Source: Chloroflexota bacterium (GTDB taxonomy: Bacteria > Chloroflexota > UBA11872 > VXNJ01). From it: DNA of 64,000 nucleotides. Shown here piece by piece: positions 20,010 through 30,503 of this stretch. A program made the position numbers and the translations under genes. The notes under the pieces are model-generated. The model made no database searches. It worked only from the letters and a program-made list of their open reading frames with translations, and was not told the DNA's origin. The stretch lies in NCBI GenBank assembly GCA_965261345.1, contig OZ253449.1, forward strand, positions 960,001 to 1,024,000. The letters are read 5' to 3'. Every line of letters starts with the position of its first letter. Position 1 is the stretch's first letter.

Positions 20010-22540
20010 TGCCATTCGAATCGGGGATCGGACTGTGCGGCGGAGCCGTTTCAATCGGGCTAATGGTTCTGGCGGCGATCGCCGCCGGGGCGGTCGTTGC
20101 CGGCACCTTGAAAAGTCGCAGTCATCTGGGAACGGTGCGGCTCTGGGCGGCATCCGGGGTCAGGATCATGGCGGTCCTGGCGGTCCTCCTAGCCCTTGAC
20201 CGCGGCCTTTGCAACTACCCGGACAATCAGTCCGCGACGATTGCCCTTGACAGGTCCGAAAGCGTGCAATTGGCCACCCAGTTCGCCGCCTCCCAGTGGG
20301 CCGGCCAGCTGGCCGGACAAGGACTGGCCGACACATCTTTCGGATTCGGCCGACAGGGCACCAACCTGGGCGCCGCTATCGGCGGCGGCAGCGCCATAGC
20401 CGGTAACCGGGAGCTGTACCTCGCAAGCGACGGAGCCCACAACCTCGGCGACTGGGAAGCTGGGCTGGTCGCGGCCGAAGCCAGCGGGACGCGGATCAAT
20501 ATCGCCCCGGCGGAGCGGCTGGGCGAGGCCGATTCGGCGGTGGTCTCGGTGTCACACCGCCAGCAGGTAGCCGCCGGTAGGAAGTTTTTGCTATCGGTCG
20601 GACTCTGGGCACCCAACGCCCGGTCAGCCGAAGTGCGAATCTGGATCGGCAACCAATTGGCGGCCGGCGGAACGGTTGAGCTGGAACCCGGCCTCTCCGA
20701 GTTCTCGGCCAACCTGGTTGCTCCTCTGCAACCGGTCCCGATTCCGGTGACCGTCGAATTGCATGATCAGCGCTCCACTCAAACCCAGAACGACGTACTC
20801 AGCTCGGTGCTGGAGGTATACGAAGCAGCGCCGGTGCTGCTGGTCGGTTCTGCGCCGGCACTATTGAATGCGTTCTCGCAAATCGGCCAGGCGGTCCAAA
20901 CAACCGCGCCCGAGCAGCTCCCTCGGGCCGCGAGCGGTCTGGCCGGGTACAGTGCGGTGGTGCTCAGCGACATTTCCGCCGACGCCCTTGACCGGGCCCA
21001 AATTGCCGCGCTCGATGCGGCGGTAGCCGATGGCGGGTTGGGATTGGCGGTGCTGGGCGGCCCCAATGCGTTTGCGGCCGGCGGATATGCCCGGTCCCCC
21101 TTGAATTCCCTGCTCCCGCTTGATTCAGACCCCTGGCGCGAGCAGGAATCGGCCCAGATCGCCCTGCTGCTGCTGGTTGACCGCTCGACGTCGATGGCCC
21201 TGGGCGGGGAGAGCAACTCCAAGCTGGCACTCGCCCGCGAGGCGGCAATCGCCGCACTCGACCTTTTGGAAAACGGTGATCAACTTTCAGTGGTCGCCTT
21301 CAACGCTGAGCCGGTCTCCATCGTTGCGCCGACCACCCTGGAGGCCGATACCGATCGAGCGGCGCTGACCGACCAGATCGCCGCGCTGGTCGCCGATGGA
21401 ACCACCGACCTGTTCCGGGCGCTCGACTATGCCCGCCGGCAACTGGCCGACCAACCGGCCCAGATCCGCCATATCATCTTGATCACCGACGGCCAGGCGC
21501 ACTACGGCCGGTTCGGCGCGCTGGTGCGGGCGGCACGCAACGATGGCATTTCGATTTCGACCATCGCGGTCGGCGCCGACGCGGACCTGGAATTGCTCTC
21601 ATCGCTGGCCACCAATGCCGGCGGACGCCACTACGTGGCCGCCGATTCCGGCCGGATTCCGGCGATCTTGACTCAGGAGGCACTGCTGGCGAAGAATTTT
21701 GTAACGGTCAGCAATCCGATGCAACCACGCCTACTGGCCCCCAGCGCCCTATTTGCGCTAATCGAGCCGGGGGCGGCGCTGCCCTGGCTGCAGGGCTACA
21801 TCCGCACCCGCGCGCGCCCCCAGGCACAGGTGGTCCTGGCAGCAAACGATGGCGATCCCATCCTGGCCCACTGGCTCTATGGCCAGGGTTCGGTAGTGGC
21901 CTGGGCCAGCGACCTGTCCGGAGTGTGGTCGGCGGAATGGACCGCCTGGGACCAGTTTCCAGCGTTTTCCGAGTCGCTGCTGGCGCAGTTGGTGCGCGGC
22001 CCTCCGCCCGGGCATAGCTTCCAGATCGCCGCCCATGCCGGCACCGCCCAAATAACCCTGCAGACCGGTGATGGCGACAGTTTCGGACCGTCCACCAAAC
22101 TTTCCCTCGAACTGGCCGGACCTGACGGATCGCGGCAGGTCGACCTGACCGCCCAGGCGCCCGGCGTCTATCGCGGCACGGCCGCTATCGGCCCAGGCGC
22201 CTGGGCCTACCGGTTGTCGGACGGAGACACCGACCGGGGGAGTGGAATGCTGGCCATTCCCTACCGCGCCGAATTGCGTCCCGATCCGGCGGGGGCGGCG
22301 CGCCTGGAGCGGGCGGCGCATCTTAGCGGGGGGCGCAACGTCGGCCGCATTAATACACCCGGCAGCCGGATTTTTAACGACGGCGCCGATTGGCTCGCGC
22401 TGGCGATCCTGCTCCTGGCGGGCGACACCATCGTGCGCCGTCTGCGGGTGGGGCCGCGGGTGGCCGCCCGGCAACTGCGCGCACAGTTGCGATCTATTCT
22501 TGGAGCCTTAAGGCCAAGAACTCTCGGCCCGATCCGCTAA
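20009..22540 (+). CDS. VWA domain membrane protein with GATase-like domain
   Basis: ALDRSES and LVDRSTSM MIDAS motifs, LITDG, GGLGLAVLGG, WLYGQGSVVAWASD. Confidence 0.85.
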   Translation: MPFESGIGLCGGAVSIGLMVLAAIAAGAVVAGTLKSRSHLGTVRLWAASGVRIMAVLAVLLALDRGLCNYPDNQSATIALDRSESVQLATQFAASQWAGQLAGQGLADTSFGFGRQGTNLGAAIGGGSAIAGNRELYLASDGAHNLGDWEAGLVAAEASGTRINIAPAERLGEADSAVVSVSHRQQVAAGRKFLLSVGLWAPNARSAEVRIWIGNQLAAGGTVELEPGLSEFSANLVAPLQPVPIPVTVELHDQRSTQTQNDVLSSVLEVYEAAPVLLVGSAPALLNAFSQIGQAVQTTAPEQLPRAASGLAGYSAVVLSDISADALDRAQIAALDAAVADGGLGLAVLGGPNAFAAGGYARSPLNSLLPLDSDPWREQESAQIALLLLVDRSTSMALGGESNSKLALAREAAIAALDLLENGDQLSVVAFNAEPVSIVAPTTLEADTDRAALTDQIAALVADGTTDLFRALDYARRQLADQPAQIRHIILITDGQAHYGRFGALVRAARNDGISISTIAVGADADLELLSSLATNAGGRHYVAADSGRIPAILTQEALLAKNFVTVSNPMQPRLLAPSALFALIEPGAALPWLQGYIRTRARPQAQVVLAANDGDPILAHWLYGQGSVVAWASDLSGVWSAEWTAWDQFPAFSESLLAQLVRGPPPGHSFQIAAHAGTAQITLQTGDGDSFGPSTKLSLELAGPDGSRQVDLTAQAPGVYRGTAAIGPGAWAYRLSDGDTDRGSGMLAIPYRAELRPDPAGAARLERAAHLSGGRNVGRINTPGSRIFNDGADWLALAILLLAGDTIVRRLRVGPRVAARQLRAQLRSILGALRPRTLGPIR

Positions 22541-22571
22541 ATGGACCACGGATCCGATCACACTTTGACAT

Positions 22572-23984
22572 ATGGATTACCTCGGCGACATCGCATTCTG
22601 TTTTGAGCGCGCCGGCCACCCGATCTACCTGGTGGGCGGGTCTGTCCGTGATCGATTGTTGGGCCGCCGCAGCTCCGACCTTGACCTGACGACCCCGGCC
22701 CGGCCCGGCCAGATCAGCGAGCTGCTCCGGCAGGCGGGAGCCGCCAACATCATCGACATCGGTTCGGCGTTCGGTACGATCATGGGCGTTTTTGGCGATC
22801 AGCAAGTCGATGTGACCACCTTTCGGGCCGAATGGTACCCAGATGAGCGATCGCGTCACCCGCATGTCCAATTCGGCGAAGATCTGCGGTCCGACCTGCA
22901 GCGCCGTGACTTTACGATCAACGCGATCGCCCAGGACATCTCCACCGGGAAAATAATCGATCCGTTCGATGGAGTTGGCGACCTGGCGCGCCGACGGATC
23001 CGCGCGGTCGGCTGTGCCCCGGCGCGGTTTCGCGAGGATCCACTGCGGATGATGCGGGCGGTCCGGCTGTCCGTCCAGCTGGGAATGCGAATTGACGATC
23101 CCACGCGCGCCGCGATCGTCGAACAGGCCGGCCGCCTGCAATTTGTTTCGGCCGAGCGCGTTTGCGCCGAGCTGTGTAAGATATTGCTCGCGTCCGACCC
23201 CGGCGGCGGCGTTGACGAATTGATCGACCTCGGGTTGTGTCGATTCATAATTCCCGAGCTGCTCGATTTGCGCCGGACCGACAACGCCGAGGCGTCCCGC
23301 CAAAAGGACGTCCTGGCGCACACCCTCAGGGTGCTTGCCGGAGTTCGTGCGCACCTGCCGTTGCGCCTGGCGGCGCTGCTGCACGATATCGGCAAACCAT
23401 CTACCCGCAGCATCCGTGACGGCAAGGTTCATTTTTTCCGCCATGAGCTGGTCGGGGCGCGGCTCGCGCGCAAGATCCTGAACCGATTGCGCTTTGACCG
23501 CGCCACCATTGAGCAAGTCTGTGAACTGGTGGGCCTACATATGCGATCGAACCTCTACGCCCCGGATTGGACCGATGGCGCGGTGCGCCGCTACATGCGC
23601 GAGGTGGGCGATCATCGTCCCCTGCTGCTAGATCTTTCGCGGGCCGACATTACCAGCTATCGGCACAGCAAGATATCAAACGGCCTAAAGCGGGTCGGGG
23701 AGCTGGCGGCCCGCTGCGAGCGGCTGGGAGCCGCCGGGGCGGTGGCTAAGATGGCGAGCCCCCTGGACGGAGATGACCTGATGAAATTGCTGAACCGCCC
23801 GCCGGGCCCCTGGATCCGGCCGATCAAGGATTACCTCTTGGAGCTGGTCATTGATGGCCGACTCGACCAGCAAGACCTGGACGCGGCACGTACGATAGCC
23901 CGCCGCCTGGCATCCGAAGGCTTGGGCGCCGACCTCTCTGAATCGTTACCACGAGCCCGGCCGGAATCCCCGGGGAGCCGCTAG
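22572..23984 (+). CDS. cca: CCA tRNA nucleotidyltransferase with HD domain
   Basis: VGGSVRD, DLD, RRDFTINA, EDPLRMMR, LLHDIGK motifs. Confidence 0.9.
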   Translation: MDYLGDIAFCFERAGHPIYLVGGSVRDRLLGRRSSDLDLTTPARPGQISELLRQAGAANIIDIGSAFGTIMGVFGDQQVDVTTFRAEWYPDERSRHPHVQFGEDLRSDLQRRDFTINAIAQDISTGKIIDPFDGVGDLARRRIRAVGCAPARFREDPLRMMRAVRLSVQLGMRIDDPTRAAIVEQAGRLQFVSAERVCAELCKILLASDPGGGVDELIDLGLCRFIIPELLDLRRTDNAEASRQKDVLAHTLRVLAGVRAHLPLRLAALLHDIGKPSTRSIRDGKVHFFRHELVGARLARKILNRLRFDRATIEQVCELVGLHMRSNLYAPDWTDGAVRRYMREVGDHRPLLLDLSRADITSYRHSKISNGLKRVGELAARCERLGAAGAVAKMASPLDGDDLMKLLNRPPGPWIRPIKDYLLELVIDGRLDQQDLDAARTIARRLASEGLGADLSESLPRARPESPGSR

Positions 23985-24190
23985 TGTTGCGCTTCGACCA
24001 GGGTCAAAACCCTCCGCCCTCGCACCAGCGGACATCGCTGCTTTCATGCCTGGGAACGATAGCCGCGGTAATCGGCGGGTTCATATTCATGGGGGCGCTG
24101 GCCGTCGGGGTGGCCTTTCTGCTCGGCCTTTTCGATGGTGGGCCCGAACCGGCCCAATCACTGGCCGCATATTCCATCCACTGGGTCTGA
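23984..24190 (+). CDS. Small single-TM hypothetical protein
   Basis: GTG overlaps the upstream stop; one long hydrophobic segment. Confidence 0.5.
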   Translation: MLRFDQGQNPPPSHQRTSLLSCLGTIAAVIGGFIFMGALAVGVAFLLGLFDGGPEPAQSLAAYSIHWV

Positions 24191-24219
24191 TCGGCGAGCG
24201 GCCGGCCCGACCACCGGCG

Positions 24220-25281
24220 TTAGCTTGGGGACAGCTTGGCGCGGGACCGATGGCGGTCCATTCCAAGCTCGATCAACCGCGCCAGTAGATCCGGGTAGGA
24301 CAGTCCGGAGTCCGACCACAGCTTGGGGTACATGCTTATCGGGGTGAATCCGGGCATGGTGTTGACCTCGGAAATAAAGAGCCGGTCGCTGGGCTGTTCG
24401 AGCAGGAAGTCAACCCGCGCCAAACCGGCAAGGTCCAGTTCGCGATAAGTCCGAAGCGCCGCCCGGACCAACTCGGCGGCGGTTTCGTCGGACAGATCGG
24501 CCGGTGCCTTGGTACGCGAGCCCGCATCCGCATATTTGGCCTCGTAATCATAAAAGTCGCGTCCGGGAAATACCTCGCCCACCGCCGAGGCGCGTGGATC
24601 GTCGTTGCCCAGGATCGCGACCTCAAGTTCACGCGGGTTCTGCACCGCGCGTTCGCAGATCACCCGGTCGTCGAACTCAAAAGCGGCTTCTATGGCACCG
24701 ACCAAGCCGGGCGCGTCAATGACCTTGGAAACTCCAACCGATGAGCCCATGTTGGCCGGCTTTACGAACTGCGGCAGCCCCAATGCCCCGATCAATTCAG
24801 CGGTGACCGCCGTACCCCGCATGCGCCATTGTCGGGCCCGCAGCAGCGACCAGTCGGGGGTTCGTAATCCGCACCGGGCAAAGACCGATTTCATGACCGC
24901 TTTGTCCATCCCGGCGGCCGATCCCAGGACGCCCGACCCGACGAACGGGACCCCGGCCATCTCCAGCAGCCCCTGGATTGTTCCATCCTCGCCATAGGGG
25001 CCATGGAGCACCGGAAAAACAATATCGGCCCGATCCAGTAACGCCAGCAACGGCTCGATATCGGGCCGCGCGGAAGATGATTTGGAGGTGCCCGCACCCT
25101 GCCGCAGCTGATCAGGGCTACAGGGGAACTTCCAATTGCCCAGGCGGTCGATGCCTACCGGGACAACCTCATATCCGGGGCGCGCCAGGCCGGCGAGCAC
25201 CGATTCGGCCGAGAGGATCGAGATGTCATGTTCGCCGGATCGCCCGCCGAAAACAACCGCCACCCGAATCGGGTCGTTCAA
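24220..25281 (-). CDS. ddl: D-alanine--D-alanine ligase
   Basis: [35 protein letters not shown]. Confidence 0.96.
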   Translation of the reverse strand: MNDPIRVAVVFGGRSGEHDISILSAESVLAGLARPGYEVVPVGIDRLGNWKFPCSPDQLRQGAGTSKSSSARPDIEPLLALLDRADIVFPVLHGPYGEDGTIQGLLEMAGVPFVGSGVLGSAAGMDKAVMKSVFARCGLRTPDWSLLRARQWRMRGTAVTAELIGALGLPQFVKPANMGSSVGVSKVIDAPGLVGAIEAAFEFDDRVICERAVQNPRELEVAILGNDDPRASAVGEVFPGRDFYDYEAKYADAGSRTKAPADLSDETAAELVRAALRTYRELDLAGLARVDFLLEQPSDRLFISEVNTMPGFTPISMYPKLWSDSGLSYPDLLARLIELGMDRHRSRAKLSPS

Positions 25282-25808
25282 GTTATCCCGAGCGAGGAGC
25301 TGGTGTAGAGCGAGTCGAGGGTCAGCTCAAATTCGCTAAAGCGCGCGCTTGCGCCCTCCTCCCGGTCGAGCACGCACAGACAGCGTTCTAGGTGGACCCC
25401 AAAGCGGCGCAGGCGACCGGCGGCGGTGAGCGCCTGCTGTCCGCTGGTTACCACATCTTCGATCAACAGGACCCGTTGGCCAGCGGCAACCGTACCCTCA
25501 AAATAACGGGCCGTCCCATAGGCTTTGGCGTTCTTGCGAATGATCACGAAGGGCAAATCGGCCTGCAGCGACATGGCCGCCACAATGGCCACCGCGCCCA
25601 GTTCCGGGGCCGCTAGGACCTCGGTTCCGGTGGGGATGCGTTCAACCAGCAATTGGGCCACCGGGCCGAGTAGGCCCGGTTTTGTGGCAAAAAGGTATTT
25701 GTCAAAGTAATAGCTGGAGCGACGGCCCGAACTGAGTACGAATTCACCACGCAATAGGGCCGTGGCGGTAAGTTTTTGGCCCAGGGCTTCCAATTCGCCA
25801 GCTGCCAC
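25278..25808 (-). CDS. pyrE: Orotate phosphoribosyltransferase
   Basis: [29 protein letters not shown]. Confidence 0.93.
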   Translation of the reverse strand: MAAGELEALGQKLTATALLRGEFVLSSGRRSSYYFDKYLFATKPGLLGPVAQLLVERIPTGTEVLAAPELGAVAIVAAMSLQADLPFVIIRKNAKAYGTARYFEGTVAAGQRVLLIEDVVTSGQQALTAAGRLRRFGVHLERCLCVLDREEGASARFSEFELTLDSLYTSSSLGIT

Positions 25809-25956
25809 CGGTTGTTCCTTAACTGGTCATGTCGCGTAGGGAATTTTGCGCGCTGCGCCGGCCGGCCGGCCGGCATTGCCCGCAGATCGGCAGCGGGTGG
25901 GCCGTCCGGTCCCTTCGGTGAGCTTTTGCGAGCGGAGCGCGCCTATAATTTTTCGC

Positions 25957-27060
25957 TTGTACGAATTTTGGGTTTGTGCGCAACCGGACCAACTCCCGAC
26001 CAGGACTGGAAGCAGCTCCATCGCCGGCCTGATTCGCACCCCCGCCGTCTTAAAAGTCGCAAAACGGACGGGGTCGCTCGGTATTCCGTTGGGCATCGCT
26101 GCGTCGGCCTTCCTGCTCGCCGGCTGCGGCGAATTGCCCCAGACCATCATGGACCCGGCGGGGAGCAACGCCCGCCAGACCCTGGACCTCTTCATCATCG
26201 TCCTAATTGGCGCCGCGATCATTCTGGTCGGGGTCGAGGGATGGATCATCTACGCCATGGTGGCCTACCGGCGGCGCAAAGGTAACGATGCAATTCCCCG
26301 CCAGGTCCACGGCAACAAGACCCTCGAGGTCATCTGGACGGCGATTCCGGCGGCGATAGTAATCGCCCTGGCGGTCCTGACCATCCGCACGATCTCGATT
26401 CAGGCGGCCGAACCGGCGCCCGACGCACTGCGGGTAAGCGTCTATGGCAATCAGTGGTGGTGGGAATTTGAATATCCCGAACAGGGAATAACCACTGCCA
26501 ACGAGATCTACCTGGTAGTGGACCGCGAGGTGGCCCTTACCCTGCACTCTAACGATGTAATCCACGGGTTCTGGATCCCCAAGCTGTCGGGCAAGATGGA
26601 CGTGGTTCCGGGACGGGTAAACGGCTTCAAATTCACGCCCGAGATCGAGGGTGTCTACGAAGGCCAATGCACCGAATTTTGCGGCTGGGCGCATACCGAC
26701 ATGCGGGTCAAGACACACGTGGTCTCGCAGGCTGAATTTGATGAATGGACAGCAATTCAGCGGACCGAACCCAGCGCCGAGGCGCAGGAATCAGAAGGGG
26801 CGCGGCTGATGGTCTCCAAGACCTGCAACGCCTGCCATGCGGTCCGCGGGACGATCCTGCAAGGCCAGGTTGGTCCGGAGTTGACCGCGTTCGGGGTGCG
26901 CACCGTGATTGGGTCTAACCTGATTGAGAACACGCCGCAAAATTTGCGAGCCTGGATAAAGGACCCCGCACAAATCAAACCCGGAGTACTCATGCCCACG
27001 CTTGGTTTGACGGATGCTGAGACCGACGCGATAGCCACGTTCCTGGAGGGTTTGCGCTAG
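25957..27060 (+). CDS. ctaC: Cytochrome c oxidase subunit II with fused cytochrome c (caa3 type); start uncertain
   Basis: Lipobox LLAGC, QWWW, DVIH, CuA motif CTEFCGWAHTDM, heme c motif CNACH. Confidence 0.93.
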   Translation: MYEFWVCAQPDQLPTRTGSSSIAGLIRTPAVLKVAKRTGSLGIPLGIAASAFLLAGCGELPQTIMDPAGSNARQTLDLFIIVLIGAAIILVGVEGWIIYAMVAYRRRKGNDAIPRQVHGNKTLEVIWTAIPAAIVIALAVLTIRTISIQAAEPAPDALRVSVYGNQWWWEFEYPEQGITTANEIYLVVDREVALTLHSNDVIHGFWIPKLSGKMDVVPGRVNGFKFTPEIEGVYEGQCTEFCGWAHTDMRVKTHVVSQAEFDEWTAIQRTEPSAEAQESEGARLMVSKTCNACHAVRGTILQGQVGPELTAFGVRTVIGSNLIENTPQNLRAWIKDPAQIKPGVLMPTLGLTDAETDAIATFLEGLR

Positions 27061-28953
27061 ATGGCGGTCCTCTCCGGAATTCGCCCCGGCGCAGCCCACA
27101 GCGCCCCCGCCGAGCTGCCGAGCGAGCAGTACGGCATCTGGTCGTGGATTACCACCGTCGACCACAAACGCATCGCCAAGCTCTATCTGTTTACGGCGAT
27201 GGCCTTTTCGCTAGTTGGCGGCGGGTTGGCGCTGGCCATGCGCACCCAGCTGGCCGTCCCTGAAAACGACCTGCTTGACGGCGGGACTTTCAACCAGTTC
27301 TTTACGATGCACGGCCTGATCATGATCTTCCTGGTGATCATGCCCATCAACTCGGCCTTTTTCAATTTCCTGATTCCGCTGCAGATTGGAGCCCGCGATG
27401 TTGCCTTCCCGCGCCTGAATGCCCTCTCCTACTGGATATTCCTGTTCGGCGGAATCCTTTTCAACCTCTCCTGGTTCACCGGAGGGGCGGCCGATACCGG
27501 CTGGTTCGCCTACCCGCCACTGTCCGACGACCAGTATTCGGCCACCAACGGCATGAATTACTACCTGGTCGGGTTGGGTGTGCTGGGAACCTCGTCGATC
27601 ATGGCCGGAGTCAATTTCATCGTCACGGTGCTAAACATGCGCGCCCCGGGAATGACCTTCACGCGCCTGCCGATCTTTACCTGGATGTCGCTGGTCACCC
27701 AGTTCCTGCTGGTATTTGCCCTGCCGCCGCTGACGGTTGCCTTCATCCTGCTGCTGTTTGACCGCACCGTCGGCACGACGTTCTTTCAGGCATCAACGCC
27801 GGGCGGCGATCCGATCCTCTGGCAGCATATGTTCTGGTTCTTCGGACATCCCGAGGTCTACATCCTGATCCTGCCGGCGATGGGGATGATTTCCGACGTG
27901 ATCCCGGTCTTTGCCCGCAAACCGATATTTGGTTACACCGCGATCGTTTTCTCCGGCATTTCGATCGGATTCCTGGGGTTTACGGTCTGGGCCCACCACA
28001 TGTTCGCGGTCGGCATGGGGCCCATCGCCAACAGTGTCTTTGCCGCGTTGACGATGCTGATCGCAATCCCGACCGGGGTAAAGGTCCTCAATTGGTCGGC
28101 GACCCTGTGGCGGGCCTCGATCAACATCACAACTCCGATGCTCTTTGCGGTTGGGTTTGTGGCGATGTTTACCATCGGCGGCCTATCGGGGATGATGCAC
28201 GCCGCAGTGCCGGTGGACCAGCAGCACACCGACACGTACTTCATCGTCGCCCATTTCCACTACGTCCTGTTCGGAGGCTCGATTATGGGGATCATGGCCG
28301 GTATCTATTTCTGGTGGCCGAAGATGTTCGGTCGACCGCTCAGTGAAAAGTTGGGCGTCTGGCACTTTGCCCTGACCATGATCGGCTTCAATTTGACTTT
28401 CGGACCGATGCACATTGCGGGCAACGACGGGATGCCGCGGCGGGTTTACACCTTCCCGGCCGACTTCGGATGGGAACTGTGGAACATGCTCTCCACCATC
28501 GGCGCGTACCTGACCGCGATTGCAGCGATCCTCTTTGCCTACATGATCATTAAGAATCTGACCCAGAAGGGCGAACCCGAGGCGGACCCGTGGGACGGTC
28601 ACACCCTGGAATGGTCGCTTCCGACTCCGGTCCCGGTCTACAACTTCGCCTCGATTCCACGGGTATTCTCCAACCGTCCATTCTGGGATGCCAAGCACCC
28701 CGAATCCATGGAGATCCATACGGAAAGCGATCAGACCCTCGGCAATGGACATTCAACCGCCGCCGCCCTGCCGCCACTGTATGGCCCGCCCGACGAGCAC
28801 ATCCACATGCCGCCGCCGTCCTATTGGCCGATCATATTGGCGCTCGGGCTGGTGACCTTCGGCTTGGGCGTAATCTACTTCCTGCCGCTCTCCGCCTTTG
28901 GCGTACTGGTGGTGGTGGGATCGATCTTCGGCTGGTCCAAAGAACCGGTATAG
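27061..28953 (+). CDS. ctaD: Cytochrome c oxidase subunit I (A1 type)
   Basis: DHKRI, GHPEVY, WAHH, HFH, GMPRR. Confidence 0.97.
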   Translation: MAVLSGIRPGAAHSAPAELPSEQYGIWSWITTVDHKRIAKLYLFTAMAFSLVGGGLALAMRTQLAVPENDLLDGGTFNQFFTMHGLIMIFLVIMPINSAFFNFLIPLQIGARDVAFPRLNALSYWIFLFGGILFNLSWFTGGAADTGWFAYPPLSDDQYSATNGMNYYLVGLGVLGTSSIMAGVNFIVTVLNMRAPGMTFTRLPIFTWMSLVTQFLLVFALPPLTVAFILLLFDRTVGTTFFQASTPGGDPILWQHMFWFFGHPEVYILILPAMGMISDVIPVFARKPIFGYTAIVFSGISIGFLGFTVWAHHMFAVGMGPIANSVFAALTMLIAIPTGVKVLNWSATLWRASINITTPMLFAVGFVAMFTIGGLSGMMHAAVPVDQQHTDTYFIVAHFHYVLFGGSIMGIMAGIYFWWPKMFGRPLSEKLGVWHFALTMIGFNLTFGPMHIAGNDGMPRRVYTFPADFGWELWNMLSTIGAYLTAIAAILFAYMIIKNLTQKGEPEADPWDGHTLEWSLPTPVPVYNFASIPRVFSNRPFWDAKHPESMEIHTESDQTLGNGHSTAAALPPLYGPPDEHIHMPPPSYWPIILALGLVTFGLGVIYFLPLSAFGVLVVVGSIFGWSKEPV

Positions 28954-28972
28954 GCCTTTCCAAAAATCCGCA

Positions 28973-29635
28973 ATGGCAGCTGAAACCCACTCGCCCGCCC
29001 ACCCGCCAACCAGCCTCGGGCAGGATATGCGCAAGCTCGGCATGTGGACATTCATCGGATCGGAATCGCTCTTCTTTGCGACCCTGATCGCCAACTTTTT
29101 CATCTGGCGGGGAAGCGGTGAAGGTGGGTTGGGGGCCCACCACCTGGACATTAACTTGACCGGTGTGGGCGCCTTCGTGCTGCTGATGTCCTCGCTGACG
29201 ATGGTCTTGGCTTTGCGCGGTCTGCGCGCCGGCAATTCCATCAGTTACCGGAACTACATACTGGCCACCGCCGCGCTCGGCAGCGTATTCCTCGGAATCC
29301 AGGTCTACGAATTCACCCACTTCGGACTTGAGGGCCTGGGGATGACCTCGAGCATGTTCGGAGCGGCTTTTTTCATCCTTACCGGATTCCACGGCGCGCA
29401 CGTATTCTTCGGGGTCGTCTGGCTGATCTCATTGCTCGTATTCAAAGTCGGCGAAAACGCCCGCCAGCCGCTCCAGTACACAGTTGGCGTCGAGGAGGAA
29501 CTGCCAGCCGCGCCCGACGCCGGAAGCGATGGCGGATCCTACGTCTCAGTTGAGCTGTGCGGACTCTACTGGCACTTCGTTGACCTGGTATGGGTCTTCA
29601 TTTTCACCCTGATTTACCTGCTTCCGGCACCCTGA
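28973..29635 (+). CDS. ctaE: Cytochrome c oxidase subunit III
   Basis: FIGSE, TGFHGAHV, YWHFVDLVW. Confidence 0.95.
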   Translation: MAAETHSPAHPPTSLGQDMRKLGMWTFIGSESLFFATLIANFFIWRGSGEGGLGAHHLDINLTGVGAFVLLMSSLTMVLALRGLRAGNSISYRNYILATAALGSVFLGIQVYEFTHFGLEGLGMTSSMFGAAFFILTGFHGAHVFFGVVWLISLLVFKVGENARQPLQYTVGVEEELPAAPDAGSDGGSYVSVELCGLYWHFVDLVWVFIFTLIYLLPAP

Positions 29636-30006
29636 TGCAAGCCGATATAAGGTCGGAAATCGCCGCCGAGCGAAGGCGGGTGGTCGAGCACGCGCGGGCC
29701 GCGGTCGACCATCACAACAAACACCACCCCAACTACGTGGTCGTGGCAATCTGGCTGTTTATCATCACCGCCCTTGAGGTCGGCGTCATCTTTCTGCCGA
29801 TCGCCCTGTGGCCGATCGTAATCGCACTTTTCGTGCTCATGACCCTAAAGGCGCTCGGCGTGCTGGGCTACTATATGCACCTTTTCTCCGACGCCAAGAT
29901 CTTCTCGCTGCTGATGGGTGGCGGGCTGACCGTGGCGATCGCCCTGCTCGTTTCATTCGGCGCCCTCTTCGGCGTTCTGCCAGGGATGACTTCGCCGCTT
30001 CTCTAA
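29635..30006 (+). CDS. ctaF: Cytochrome c oxidase subunit IV
   Basis: Three TM segments, YYMHL motif, last gene of the operon. Confidence 0.85.
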   Translation: MQADIRSEIAAERRRVVEHARAAVDHHNKHHPNYVVVAIWLFIITALEVGVIFLPIALWPIVIALFVLMTLKALGVLGYYMHLFSDAKIFSLLMGGGLTVAIALLVSFGALFGVLPGMTSPLL

Positions 30007-30027
30007 GGTTCCGGACGGCGCTGCCCT

Positions 30028-30414
30028 TCAGATCTGGTACCCGGTCAGGTCCTCAGCGCTCTGGATTGCCAGGTCGGCCAGGGTCGTATTGCGCAGCGCC
30101 GCCATGGCCGCGGCCTCCGCCCGCTCGATACCAATGCAACCGCCGCCCGGCGGCTCCATGCCCAACTCCAGCAAGATCTGGTCGAGGGTCACTCCGGTCG
30201 AGGCAACCGCCAGTTGGTAGCCGCCGTTGGCGCCACGCCGACTGCGCACCAGCCCGGCGCGCGTGAGTGAAGCCAGGACCTGCCCTAGGATGCTCAGCGG
30301 CACACCCTTGCGCTCGGCGATATCCTGGGCGCGAACGTAGGTGCGGGCATCGCGCTGGGCCAGGTCGACTAGCGCGGCCACTCCGTAACGCACATGGGAG
30401 TTAATCGCAAACAA
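30028..30414 (-). CDS. Rrf2 family transcriptional regulator (only one Cys)
   Basis: GLVRSRRGANGGYQLA winged-helix motif. Confidence 0.9.
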   Translation of the reverse strand: MFAINSHVRYGVAALVDLAQRDARTYVRAQDIAERKGVPLSILGQVLASLTRAGLVRSRRGANGGYQLAVASTGVTLDQILLELGMEPPGGGCIGIERAEAAAMAALRNTTLADLAIQSAEDLTGYQI

Positions 30415-30503
30415 TTTACGCCAATCCTTACCGTTCCAGTAAAGAATACGTCCAATCCGGCGGTGACCAGCAATTGGCGACAGCGGCCACGGGCATTTCG
30501 CCC

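Noticed and set aside
22494-23516. Long antisense ORFs (also 5717-6763 and 55873-57018)
   Set aside because: GC-rich shadow frames opposite well-supported genes
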